In this document: in pieces, positions 37,060 through 46,341 of the stretch
How positions within the stretch are numbered: the stretch's first letter is position 1
Layout of the letters: each line of letters starts with the position of its first letter
Assembly (NCBI GenBank): GCA_965116885.1
Contig: OZ220741.1
Span: forward strand, 3,136,001 to 3,200,000
DNA length: 64,000 bases
DNA from: Candidatus Latescibacterota bacterium
Lineage (GTDB): Bacteria; Latescibacterota; UBA2968
Direction: 5' to 3'
Translations under genes and position numbers: made by a program
The notes under the pieces: generated by a model
The model's database searches: none
Told to the model about the DNA's origin: nothing
Seen by the model: only the letters and a program-made list of their open reading frames with translations

Positions 37060-37656
37060 ATGAGAAATTTTATTCTTCGCGCTCGCAAAGGCCCGACCAC
37101 ACCAGATTTTTCGCTGGATGATCTGCGCCGAGTTGGACGATTGGAGATTGTGGCGCATTGTTTGGCTAACGCGCTTTTTTATTCTCAAAATATACGAACC
37201 AATACTACTGTACACCTCGTTTTTGATGGACCTTCGGATCCGCCGAAAACCGTGCGTTTTGAAAGCGATCAGTTACCCTATTTGGGTGGATTTGATGAAC
37301 GTACTTTAGCAGGGGTTGTACAAAAAGCACTATCTGTTGGCAAGGGTTTGTCATTGGGCGAAGAGCGACAGGTTGATAACGGTCTTTTTGTGGCAAAAAA
37401 GGGATTTGAACGCGTTGTGCAAGATCACACGGAATCGCTCTATGTGCTCGAGCGCAGAGGTGTTGACATCCGTAAGGTGACATTTCCCCAGGATGTGACG
37501 TTTGTTTTTTCAGACCATCTCACAATGCCCAAAAAAACGGCTAAATATTTGCGCCGCCTCGGTGCTAAACCAATTTGCGTGGGGCCCCAGATGCTGTTTG
37601 CTTCTCAGTGTATTGTGTTGCTACACAATGAATTGGACCGGCAAGATGTCTGGTGA
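37060..37656 (+). CDS. trmY: tRNA (pseudouridine54-N1)-methyltransferase, SPOUT family
   Basis: MRNFILRA..FSLDDL..GRLEIVAHC, FDER, FVFSDH, VGPQMLFASQCIVLLHNELD. Confidence 0.88.
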   Translation: MRNFILRARKGPTTPDFSLDDLRRVGRLEIVAHCLANALFYSQNIRTNTTVHLVFDGPSDPPKTVRFESDQLPYLGGFDERTLAGVVQKALSVGKGLSLGEERQVDNGLFVAKKGFERVVQDHTESLYVLERRGVDIRKVTFPQDVTFVFSDHLTMPKKTAKYLRRLGAKPICVGPQMLFASQCIVLLHNELDRQDVW

Positions 37657-37665
37657 AGTGGTTTA

Positions 37666-38160
37666 CTAAAAGAGTTTGAATGTCGCGCCAATGTGTCCGG
37701 AGAATCCACTGATGACATCGTTTTGATCTTCGACAAATTTAATCCTGGCAAATAGCCCGAGTTTTTCACCTATTGGAAATTTGTATCCCAATTCCCCACC
37801 TATAAAACGTTCAGAAGCACCATCGGATAGTACAAAACCAATACTCGGTCCAAAAAACAGCTTGTGGGTTTCAAAGTCGCGCATGCCAATCGCATAATTG
37901 AGGCTCGTGCCCAGGGTGTGCATCATAGGGCTGGCAAAACTTATGTCGTAAAACGGCGCGAATATGAATGATCCAGGCAGGTTGACATGGACAGAGGTGT
38001 GCAGGGCAATCCCGCCAGCTGAATCAAATCGCGGGCGAATACTGTCGTTCCACATAAAACCTCCACCCAGGTTTACGCCGTCGATAAATGCCGCATCGGC
38101 AGTGCCCATATTAGAAGACAACACGCATAGCGCAAGACAAAAACTTTTTAGAATCTTCAT
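37666..38160 (-). CDS. Small outer membrane beta-barrel protein (hypothetical)
   Basis: Signal peptide, alternating beta strands, terminal Phe; AAGGAGG RBS. Confidence 0.7.
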   Translation of the reverse strand: MKILKSFCLALCVLSSNMGTADAAFIDGVNLGGGFMWNDSIRPRFDSAGGIALHTSVHVNLPGSFIFAPFYDISFASPMMHTLGTSLNYAIGMRDFETHKLFFGPSIGFVLSDGASERFIGGELGYKFPIGEKLGLFARIKFVEDQNDVISGFSGHIGATFKLF

Positions 38161-38188
38161 AAAACCTCCTTTAAAGTTTGATTCCCGA

Positions 38189-39253
38189 TCACACGTATCG
38201 CTCGTCCAATGCCGCGACCACATCTTTTACGCGCTGAGAGCCATCGCGGGGTACAATAAGCAGGGCATCGCCCGTATCGACTACGATTAAATCCTCGACA
38301 TCGACCAGCGCGATTATTTTGTCCTTGCCGCCATAAACGGTTGTGTTTTTCGCATTGAGCAATAGCACATCGCCCTGTAGTAAATTGCCATTTTCATCTA
38401 CGGGCAAGACATCAGTCAAAGCGCCCCACGCTCCAATATCGCTCCAATCGATATCTGCTTGCAGGGTCGCAATATCTGACGCACGTTCGATAATCGCATG
38501 ATCAATGGCGATGTTTTTCATTTGCGGATAGACCTCGGTAATGACATCTGTTTCTCGTCCCTCTTTAACTGCGGTGCCAATTTTTTCGAGCATGGCATAC
38601 ATCTCGGGTTCAAATTTTGCAAAAAGATCCAGCATCGTTCTGGCTTTCCACACAAACATATTGCTATTCCACAGATATTGACCGCTCTCCAGATATGTTT
38701 TTGCAGTCGCTACATCGGGTTTTTCTTTAAATGACTCTACGGCATAAACCGGCTCGTTGTTTACCCTGGCAATCACATTGCCTTTTTGTATATATCCAAA
38801 GCCCGTGTCTGCGCGCGTTGGTTTTACACCGAGTACAAACAGGGTATCTGGGCGACCCTCCAGCGCGTCTGCTGCTACTTTGAGCAACCGACAAAATTCC
38901 TCTGGTTTGCCAATGTGGTGATCAGAACCCAAACTCGCAATTGTACATCCGGGAAAACGGGCTTCCAACAAAGCGCATTCAAGCCCCACCGCAGGCCCTG
39001 TGTTGCGAAGTGTTGGTTCTAAAATTGTATTTTCAGGAGGTAATTCGGGCAATTGTTCTCGAACGCTATGCAATAGTTTTACGCCCGTGGATACAAAAAG
39101 ATCATCCATTTTTGCCAGCGAATTGAGGCGATTTACCGCCTCTTGCAACATCGTGTGTTCACCTGTTAAAGCGTGAAATTGTTTGGGCCTGTTTTGGCGA
39201 CTCAAAGGCCATAGCCGCGTGCCAACACCACCCGCGCGAATTACAAATTTCAT
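38189..39253 (-). CDS. manC: Mannose-1-phosphate guanylyltransferase
   Basis: AGGVGTRLWPLSRQNRPKQF, EPTLRNT, SDH, FKEKP, WNSNMF, WSDIG. Confidence 0.9.
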   Translation of the reverse strand: MKFVIRAGGVGTRLWPLSRQNRPKQFHALTGEHTMLQEAVNRLNSLAKMDDLFVSTGVKLLHSVREQLPELPPENTILEPTLRNTGPAVGLECALLEARFPGCTIASLGSDHHIGKPEEFCRLLKVAADALEGRPDTLFVLGVKPTRADTGFGYIQKGNVIARVNNEPVYAVESFKEKPDVATAKTYLESGQYLWNSNMFVWKARTMLDLFAKFEPEMYAMLEKIGTAVKEGRETDVITEVYPQMKNIAIDHAIIERASDIATLQADIDWSDIGAWGALTDVLPVDENGNLLQGDVLLLNAKNTTVYGGKDKIIALVDVEDLIVVDTGDALLIVPRDGSQRVKDVVAALDERYV

Positions 39254-39408
39254 GTCCTATATCCAGATATTACTAAACAAAAAGTAATGTCTCTTGCCAG
39301 AGGGCACAACCGAAACCTTGCAGCAAAGGCCGTCTTTTTATATCTTTACCCAAATACGCGTGAAATATCCCCAGGGGGATTGCTCCCCCACAACAGGAGT
39401 TGACTGTT

Positions 39409-40458
39409 ATGGCACTGACTGCCACTACTTTGGAAGAGACCTATCAACAGATGGCCGAACGATTAGAGGGCATTGTGCCCGATATCGAATTGCGCTACAA
39501 AGCCGAATTGGCTTACGAAATTAATAAGCTTAAAAAAGAGCGCGGAGCCATTATCCTCGGGCATAATTACATGGAGCCGGCACTTTATCACTCTGTGCCA
39601 GATGTCGTGGGCGATTCGCTCGAGTTATCGCGTAAAGCCGCAGAAACCGACGCCGATCCCATTGTTTTTTGCGGCGTGCGTTTTATGGCCGAGACCGCAA
39701 AAATTCTCAATCCCGACAAAACCGTACTCTTGCCTGCGCGCGTTGCGGGCTGTTCGCTGGCTGCGAGCATTACTGCAGAAGACGTTCGCAATTTGCGCGG
39801 ACAATATCCGGGCGTTCCCATTGTCACGTATATCAACACCTATGCCGATGTCAAAGCGGAATGCGATATTTGCTGCACATCGGGCAATGCTCACAAGGTT
39901 GTTGAATCGCTCAATTCGGATACCGTTATCTTTTTGCCCGACGAATACTTAGCCGCCAATGTGGCGCAAGAGACCGACAAACGCATTATTTTTCCCACAG
40001 TAACGGGATTTGCCGATCCCAAACCCGGTCTTGAATACGAAATGATCGGCTGGCATGGTCGGTGCGAAGTACACGAGCAATTTACCGTTCAGGATATTGA
40101 AAATGTGCGCGTGCAGTTTCCAGATGTCGTTGTTCTCTCCCATCCGGAATGCAGTCCTGAAGTGGTCGCTGCGTCCGATTTTTCGGGCAGTACCTCTCGC
40201 ATGGTCGATTATGTTCGCGACATGGATGCCGAGCGTTATTTGCTGCTTACAGAATGCAGCATGGGCGACAACATCGCTGCGGAAAACCCGGATAAGGAAA
40301 TGGTAGGCCTGTGCAGCATTCGCTGTCCACATATGAACGAAATTACACTTGAAGACACGCTCAATGCACTTGAGTTTAACGAGCAAATTATCGAAGTGCC
40401 CGAAGATATCCGCGTGCGCGCATTAAAGGCTGTGGAACGCATGCTGGAAATTGTATGA
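39409..40458 (+). CDS. nadA: Quinolinate synthase
   Basis: ILGHNY, GDSLELS, FCGVRFMAETAKIL, AGCSLA, CEVH, HPEC, CPHM. Confidence 0.96.
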   Translation: MALTATTLEETYQQMAERLEGIVPDIELRYKAELAYEINKLKKERGAIILGHNYMEPALYHSVPDVVGDSLELSRKAAETDADPIVFCGVRFMAETAKILNPDKTVLLPARVAGCSLAASITAEDVRNLRGQYPGVPIVTYINTYADVKAECDICCTSGNAHKVVESLNSDTVIFLPDEYLAANVAQETDKRIIFPTVTGFADPKPGLEYEMIGWHGRCEVHEQFTVQDIENVRVQFPDVVVLSHPECSPEVVAASDFSGSTSRMVDYVRDMDAERYLLLTECSMGDNIAAENPDKEMVGLCSIRCPHMNEITLEDTLNALEFNEQIIEVPEDIRVRALKAVERMLEIV

Positions 40459-40487
40459 TCGTTTAAAAAATAAAGTTATGCGATACC

Positions 40488-40514
40488 AAAGGCCCGATAC
40501 ATCTCGGGCCTTTT
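40488..40514. terminator. Bidirectional terminator
   Basis: aaaggcccga-tacatc-tcgggcctttt between convergent genes. Confidence 0.75.
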
Positions 40515-40564
40515 GCGTTTCGATATTGCGTATCAGACCTGTGTGTTTTTGGTCAACGCCAATC

Positions 40565-41896
40565 TCACTCACCATCATACACTTCTGTTTGGAACAGGTT
40601 ATTTTGAAAATCGAGGTACTGCTCTTTTGTCATCTCTGGCTTGTGATTTGCAAGGACGGCTTTTGCTTCTGCCGCGTGGTCGTATAGTAGATCCACTGCC
40701 ATCATTGCCAGTGACTTTGCTGGCTCTACATATCCCATCTCTTTATCGGAAATATGCCATTCGACGCTGTGTCCTGGTCCCGTAGCACCCGACATATAGG
40801 GATGAATCGCGGGCATAATGCAGGATATATCGCCCATATCTGTTGAGCCGGTTCTGTGACCCACTGTACGAAATTCATCTTTTCCAAAACGCGCTCTGGC
40901 ATTTTTTCCATAGAGTGCCTGCAAATCCGCATTGTTTTTTAATGGCATATATCCCGGTAGCGTTTCTATTTCTACTGTTGCGCCAAGTGCTATTGCACCG
41001 GCTCGAAGTGCGCGATCTACTTTCATACTGGCATCGAGAATGGCTTCTGCTGTGCGTCCCCGAACATAAGTTTCCATACAAACTTCGTCGGGTATAACGT
41101 TGACCAAATCTCCGCCTTTGGTGATGATGGGGTGTACCCGAACTGTATCGTGGTCCTGGAATGTTTCACGCTGTGCATTGATGGCACTCAGAGCAATTTG
41201 AGCGGCATTTAGAGCATTGATGCCCCGGTGAGGTGCGCCTCCCGCGTGTGCGGCTTTGCCCACAAACCGAATCATCTTTGCCACAAATCCATTAGATGAG
41301 GCGGAGGCCGCGGCTTTGGTCAATGAATCATCACTATGTGTATGAATCATAACTGCCATATCGACATCGTCAAAATGCCCGTGCTTGATCAATTCGGGTT
41401 TGCCACCCAAAAAGCTCAGTTTACCAGATTTTACCAGATTCAGACGGTATTCAACCTCTACAAATTCTTCTGCTGGCACGGCAAAAAAGACGACTCGGCC
41501 CGCCAAATCGTCAATCACGCGCGCATCCACCATGCCCATCATTGCTCCCATCAATCCCGCAATCTGTGCATTGTGACCACAAGCATGTGCGGCACCCGTA
41601 TCGGGATTGGCATTGGGATGACCGGAGACCACGAGCGAGTCGAGTTCGCCAATCAGTGCAACGGTTGGGCCAGGTTCAGTTCCCTGCAACACGCCCTTTA
41701 CACCTGTAATCGCCAACTCGGTTTCATATGGCACACCAAACTCATCCATTGTTTGCGATACCAGCTTTGCTGTCTCAAATTCCTTAAATCCCAACTCGGG
41801 ATTCACCATAATGTGATCGCCAATGCGACAAATTTGATCTCGACGTCGATCTATGGCTTCACAAACGCGTTTCTTGAGTTCGGTTTTTATAGACAT
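40565..41896 (-). CDS. M20 family amidohydrolase (AbgB/Acy1-like)
   Basis: NPELGFKE, HACGH, PAEE, GKAAHAG, GSTDMGD. Confidence 0.9.
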   Translation of the reverse strand: MSIKTELKKRVCEAIDRRRDQICRIGDHIMVNPELGFKEFETAKLVSQTMDEFGVPYETELAITGVKGVLQGTEPGPTVALIGELDSLVVSGHPNANPDTGAAHACGHNAQIAGLMGAMMGMVDARVIDDLAGRVVFFAVPAEEFVEVEYRLNLVKSGKLSFLGGKPELIKHGHFDDVDMAVMIHTHSDDSLTKAAASASSNGFVAKMIRFVGKAAHAGGAPHRGINALNAAQIALSAINAQRETFQDHDTVRVHPIITKGGDLVNVIPDEVCMETYVRGRTAEAILDASMKVDRALRAGAIALGATVEIETLPGYMPLKNNADLQALYGKNARARFGKDEFRTVGHRTGSTDMGDISCIMPAIHPYMSGATGPGHSVEWHISDKEMGYVEPAKSLAMMAVDLLYDHAAEAKAVLANHKPEMTKEQYLDFQNNLFQTEVYDGE

Positions 41897-41914
41897 GTTT
41901 TCCTCCGTTTACTT

Positions 41915-42958
41915 CTACCTGATTTTTAGTAATAATATCAGCAAGAGAGGCGTTACAATGGCTTGTAAGAGCGTAAATCTGACCAGTACCTGTGTATTGG
42001 ACCAGCCCCATTTTTGACGGACGTGATCGTGCAGGGGATAACGCACCTGTTTGAAAATGCCGATTTTTAAAAAGCGCAACAAAGCGACTTTCAGAAGGCC
42101 TGTTGCGCCATTGACCAGCACCACCCCGGCAACTACGATAATCAAAAACGGATTGCCACACGCCAGGACCAGCATACCGAGTAATAAGCCCAGAGGACGA
42201 GATCCGGCATCGCCCATTAACACGGCACTTGGATTGGCATTGTGCCACAAGTAGCCCACCAAACACCCCGTCATGACAAAAGCCATCACGGCCCAATTCG
42301 CGCCCTCTTTGTAGTGTGGCACAAGCAGGTATTGGGCGATATCCCGATGTCCTACAATGCCGTATAGTGCACCACCTAAAAAAATAAAGGCCAGCATGCA
42401 CAAACTGCCCGATAGGCCATCCACGCCGTCTGTGCAATTTGTAGCGTTAATCGTCATCCACAACAAGCACGTAGCAATAGGGATATAAATCCAGGGTGGG
42501 ACAATAACCGGTGTTTTAATGAGCGGCAGCCACACTTCAACTGATGCCATCTGGCACACTACCATCGCACCCAAAATGGAGATGATCAGATCGAATAACC
42601 CCATGCGGTATTCACTCCACTCATAGCGGTCATCGAGAAATCCCACCAGCATCGCCAAAAACAGGCACCCCAATGCGGCCAGATAGCGCGTTCCAAGCGG
42701 CACAAATAAAAATCCGACGACAATAAAAATAGAAATAAAAATAATACCTGCCCCTACGGGTTTGCCCTTATTTTGGGCGGCGCCAACAGCATGCGCTCGC
42801 CCCTGATCGCGCGGTAATCGGTGCCACAATTTGGGCAAAATTCTCCAGGTGAACACGCAGGCGAGCGCGGTACCTGCACCAACTAAAAATAAATGAGAAG
42901 TAAAGAGGCGAAATGGCCCATAGACGTTCAAAAGTTGCTCCCCCAGCCAGTAGAGCAC
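41915..42958 (-). CDS. mraY: Phospho-N-acetylmuramoyl-pentapeptide transferase (stand-alone)
   Basis: GKPVGAG, GFLDD, NATNCTDGVDGL, MGDAGS, PLHDH; multiple TM helices. Confidence 0.82.
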   Translation of the reverse strand: MLYWLGEQLLNVYGPFRLFTSHLFLVGAGTALACVFTWRILPKLWHRLPRDQGRAHAVGAAQNKGKPVGAGIIFISIFIVVGFLFVPLGTRYLAALGCLFLAMLVGFLDDRYEWSEYRMGLFDLIISILGAMVVCQMASVEVWLPLIKTPVIVPPWIYIPIATCLLWMTINATNCTDGVDGLSGSLCMLAFIFLGGALYGIVGHRDIAQYLLVPHYKEGANWAVMAFVMTGCLVGYLWHNANPSAVLMGDAGSRPLGLLLGMLVLACGNPFLIIVVAGVVLVNGATGLLKVALLRFLKIGIFKQVRYPLHDHVRQKWGWSNTQVLVRFTLLQAIVTPLLLILLLKIR

Positions 42959-43075
42959 AGCACAATCTCCCGTGTGATATGATTTGAAAAACGAAACAAA
43001 TCAAGACCAATGTAAGGTCTCTATGATTAAAGGGCAAGTCTGAACTCATAGCTGGTTCCATTTGAAAGAAAAACC

Positions 43076-43104
43076 TTGACGCGAAAACAGAGACTTTCTA
43101 TTTT
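43076..43104 (+). promoter_or_regulatory. Sigma70-type promoter for the his leader
   Basis: TTGACG-17 nt-TATTTT; predicted +1 falls at or near ATG 43112. Confidence 0.55.
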
Positions 43105-43111
43105 GTGTACT

Positions 43112-43261
43112 ATGAACGCATTGATCAAAAACCCGGTTATTTTTTCAAATCCAAACACAATTTTGGCCGGGGATGCGTTTGTCCATACTGCCCAGCATCA
43201 TACCCATCATGCTACGTCTGCGACTTTTTGCATGATATGCTCGGCGGTGGATATGTCATAA
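43112..43261 (+). CDS. Histidine leader peptide (attenuator uORF)
   Basis: MNALIK..FVHTAQHHTHHATS..; five CAT codons within 9 codons (43184-43210), followed by a terminator and hisI. Confidence 0.75.
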   Translation: MNALIKNPVIFSNPNTILAGDAFVHTAQHHTHHATSATFCMICSAVDMS

Positions 43262-43283
43262 CAGTTTGTCCAATGAAATGAAC

Positions 43284-43319
43284 AAGCCCGCTGTCGAGAG
43301 ACAGTGGGCTTTTTTTTTT
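43284..43319 (+). terminator. Attenuator terminator upstream of hisI
   Basis: aagcccgctgtc-gaga-gacagtgggctt with a 10-T run, immediately before the hisI RBS. Confidence 0.88.
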
Positions 43320-43331
43320 AGGAGAATGACA

Positions 43332-43760
43332 ATGTCTATTAATCGTCAACTCGAAGAAGGCACAGAACTTCATCTCGATTTTGAAAAGCTACGCAAGGTT
43401 GCACAAACCGACCATTCCGTCATTCCCGTTGCTGTACAGGATGTGGATAGCAAAGCCGTTCTCTTGATCGGCTATGTCAACGAACGGGCACTTGATTACG
43501 CGCTTGAACACCGCGTGGCAACATTCTGGAGTACTTCGCGCAATGAACTCTGGATCAAAGGGGCTACGTCTGGCGATATGCTCGAACTGGTCGATGTGCG
43601 TATCAACTGCGAGCAAAATTCACTGCTTTATCTCGTGCGCCTCAAAGGCGATGGATCGTGTCATACGAAAGAAAATGGTCGAGCGCGTTACGGCTGTTAT
43701 TACCGCAGTATCGATAATGGAAAATTGACATTTGTAAATCCCAAAACCATACCGGAGTAA
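43332..43760 (+). CDS. hisI: Phosphoribosyl-AMP cyclohydrolase
   Basis: IPVAVQD, FWSTSRNELWIKGATSG, NCEQNSL, SCHT, GCYY. Confidence 0.93.
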   Translation: MSINRQLEEGTELHLDFEKLRKVAQTDHSVIPVAVQDVDSKAVLLIGYVNERALDYALEHRVATFWSTSRNELWIKGATSGDMLELVDVRINCEQNSLLYLVRLKGDGSCHTKENGRARYGCYYRSIDNGKLTFVNPKTIPE

Positions 43761-43766
43761 TGAGTC

Positions 43767-44267
43767 ATGTCATCAGAGGTCGTTACCCGAATCCGTTCAG
43801 ATCAATGGCGGATACTCAGGGATGTGCGCCTCCGCGCACTTGAAGATGCGCCTTACGCTTTTAGTACAACGCTATCAGAAGGCGAAAAAAGAACTAATAG
43901 AGACTGGCAGGATATGGCGAGGGACCATGCTACTCTGTCGGATCGCGCCTATTTTATAGCTTATGTGGGGGATAATCCCTGTGGCATGGCGGGGTGTTAT
44001 CGCAGAGCATCAAACGTAGTAATGCTCACCGCGATGTGGGTCGCGCCCGAATTTCGGGGGAAAAATATCGGTGAGCAGATTGTGTGCGCGGTCATAGAAT
44101 GGGCACGAGAGGGTGGGGCCACCACGCTTGAAGCCTGGGTCAGCGAAAATAATCCAGCGCGTTTTTTTTATCAAAAAATCGGATTTGAAGAGACCAGTTT
44201 AACCGAACCGCTTCGCTCAGATTCCAAAATTCAGATCATTTTGATCAGGCGCGATATTGTACCCTGA
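43767..44267 (+). CDS. GNAT family N-acetyltransferase
   Basis: RLRALEDAPYAF, MWVAPEFRGKNIG, NNPARFFYQKIGF. Confidence 0.88.
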   Translation: MSSEVVTRIRSDQWRILRDVRLRALEDAPYAFSTTLSEGEKRTNRDWQDMARDHATLSDRAYFIAYVGDNPCGMAGCYRRASNVVMLTAMWVAPEFRGKNIGEQIVCAVIEWAREGGATTLEAWVSENNPARFFYQKIGFEETSLTEPLRSDSKIQIILIRRDIVP

Positions 44268-44385
44268 AATCCGGGTTGATTCGCAATCTTCTCAATACTA
44301 TATTGCTCACATGAGAAATGGTGTACAAATGCGACAGCAATTCATTCGGACAAATCAGAGCACCCGACGACAGGAGGGAGAAAAC

Positions 44386-45360
44386 GTGGGTTATGATCTC
44401 AAAGTTTTTTCGGGCAATACCAATCGGCCATTGGCAGAAGATATTTGCAATATTCTCGACACTCGGCTTGCCGAAGCCACTGTGACTCGTTTTTCTGGTG
44501 GTGAAACACATGTGCAAATTGATGAAAACGTGCGCGGCTGTGATGTTTTTATTGTGCAACCTCTTTGTGCAAATGAAGAAGAAGGCATCTCGCCCAATGA
44601 CGCCTTGATGGAACTTCTCATCTTGATTGATGCTGCGCGACGCGCCTCTGCGCGACGCGTCACAGCGGTTGTGCCCTATTATGGCTATGCACGGCAGGAT
44701 CGCAAAGACCGTCCCCGCGTGCCTATCACGGCCAAACTGGTCGCCAATATGATTTATACCGCTGGAGCGCGGCGAGTTCTAACTCTGGACCTGCACGCCA
44801 ATCAGATCCAGGGTTTTTTTGACATACCCGTTGATCACCTCTACTCCATTAACATTTTAGGCGAATACTTCAGGCTAAAAAATTTCAAAGATCTCGTTGT
44901 TATGGCACCCGATGTCGGCGGTATAAAAATGGCGCGCGCTTATGCCGAATTGCTCGGTGCGCCGTTGGCTATTGTAGATAAACGCCGCTGGAGTGGTCAA
45001 AAAACCGAGGTTCTGAACGTCATTGGTGAGGTGAAAGACAAAAATATCGTCATTGTTGACGATATTATCTCTACGGGTAGTTCCCTAATCGAAGCCGCCT
45101 CTGCACTCAAAGACAAAGGCGCGCGCGATATATGCGCTACCATCGTCCACCCGGTGCTGGCAGATCCCGCTGTTGAGCGCGTGGAGAATTCCATTCTTAC
45201 AGAGCTTGTTGTTTCCAATTCTATTCCCGTGCCCAAACGCGCCCAAAATGGGAAAATCAAAATTCTGTCAGTTGCCCCTATTCTCGCCGAATCCATCCGC
45301 CGCATCAACAATGATGAATCCGTCAGCAATCTCTTTGCGAATGCGAGGGTTGAGGGATGA
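44386..45360 (+). CDS. prs: Ribose-phosphate pyrophosphokinase
   Basis: FSGNTN, PYYGYARQDRK, DLHANQIQGFF, PDVGG, VDDIISTG; GTG start with GGAGGG RBS. Confidence 0.96.
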   Translation: MGYDLKVFSGNTNRPLAEDICNILDTRLAEATVTRFSGGETHVQIDENVRGCDVFIVQPLCANEEEGISPNDALMELLILIDAARRASARRVTAVVPYYGYARQDRKDRPRVPITAKLVANMIYTAGARRVLTLDLHANQIQGFFDIPVDHLYSINILGEYFRLKNFKDLVVMAPDVGGIKMARAYAELLGAPLAIVDKRRWSGQKTEVLNVIGEVKDKNIVIVDDIISTGSSLIEAASALKDKGARDICATIVHPVLADPAVERVENSILTELVVSNSIPVPKRAQNGKIKILSVAPILAESIRRINNDESVSNLFANARVEG

Positions 45361-45390
45361 AATGCGCGAGACGTAAAGGGTTTGATTTAT

Positions 45391-45431
45391 AAAATAAAAA
45401 CCGACCTCATTATCAGGTCGGTTTTTATTTT
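45391..45431. terminator. Bidirectional terminator
   Basis: aaaataaaaaccgacct-cattatc-aggtcggtttttatttt. Confidence 0.85.
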
Positions 45432-45464
45432 GTAAAGCGTTACAGTTCTGCACTGAAAACGGCG

Positions 45465-46001
45465 TCACGGTTTGCCGATGTTAAAGCCAATCCCCACGGC
45501 TGTGCGCAGGGCACTTGCGTCTTCTTCCTCGCCGATGACCCAGCGAACCTCAAATAAAATCTCCATTCTGCGGTCCAATAATTGTTTTTCCATGCCGACC
45601 ATAATAAAGTGAAGCGCAACCTGATATTCATTTTGAAATTCGTTGATGATCAGCCTTTCGCGCCGCACCCGGTTCACTCCCAATCCACCGCCCATATACG
45701 CATATGCAGTTCCCGATTTATGCGGCCACAAGTACTTTAGAAAAGCCCCACCGCCTCTCGCCTGAATCTCTGTGCCGTCGAGGTCGGATCCGCTTCCTGT
45801 CTCAGCTCCTACCTCGAGGCGAAGATTGGGCGAAAATACAGTTGCAATATCTGCTTGAAGTACAAAGAAATGCCGCGTGTCGTTTGCCTGTACAACGTCT
45901 AAACCAACCTTAGTAGCCAGATTGTAGAGCTTAAAACCGGCCTGGGCACTTGTTGTAAAAAAAATTAAAACTAAAAGTCCGACACCAGCAAAAACCCTCA
46001 T
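45465..46001 (-). CDS. Outer membrane beta-barrel (OmpA-like transmembrane) hypothetical protein
   Basis: Signal peptide ending AQA; YMGGGLG; terminal VGIGFN strand. Confidence 0.7.
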   Translation of the reverse strand: MRVFAGVGLLVLIFFTTSAQAGFKLYNLATKVGLDVVQANDTRHFFVLQADIATVFSPNLRLEVGAETGSGSDLDGTEIQARGGGAFLKYLWPHKSGTAYAYMGGGLGVNRVRRERLIINEFQNEYQVALHFIMVGMEKQLLDRRMEILFEVRWVIGEEEDASALRTAVGIGFNIGKP

Positions 46002-46019
46002 AATAATCTCCTCACAGCA

Positions 46020-46331
46020 CTACGACGCCAGTGCTAATTTTTTGAGATAAGAATAGGTATAAATTCCCGTATCGTGTCCATCTGTCCACCGAATTTGGAT
46101 GGCATAATTTCCGACTGGAATGACATCCGACAGATCTGCCGATGGCGTTTGATCCGCAGTAATCATCTGCAATTGCTCGTCTTGCTTTGCCCGCAGGTCC
46201 CCACACAATGCACACGGGCAGGCTTTTCGCACATCGGATAATCTCACGCGCAAAATCTCATCGTCTGCCCAATCCATTTCGAGCCATCCCGCTGCGCGAT
46301 CAACGCGGATACGTTTGGGTTTTTCTGCCAC
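46020..46331 (-). CDS. DUF971 / GBBH-like N-terminal domain protein
   Basis: CPCALC, VGNYAI, WTDGHDTGIY. Confidence 0.9.
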   Translation of the reverse strand: MAEKPKRIRVDRAAGWLEMDWADDEILRVRLSDVRKACPCALCGDLRAKQDEQLQMITADQTPSADLSDVIPVGNYAIQIRWTDGHDTGIYTYSYLKKLALAS

Positions 46332-46341
46332 AACCAGCCCC

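Noticed and set aside
39254..39408. Possible NAD+ riboswitch (nadA motif) upstream of nadA
   Set aside because: Only a short ggggga..tccccc hairpin is visible and I could not match the known motif architecture. An Infernal search would be needed to settle it.
43173..43235. Alternative Ile/Leu-rich uORF (MRLSILPSIIPIMLRLRLFA) resembling an ilv leader
   Set aside because: It is the +1 frame of the CAT-rich His tract, and the downstream gene is hisI, so the His frame explains it.
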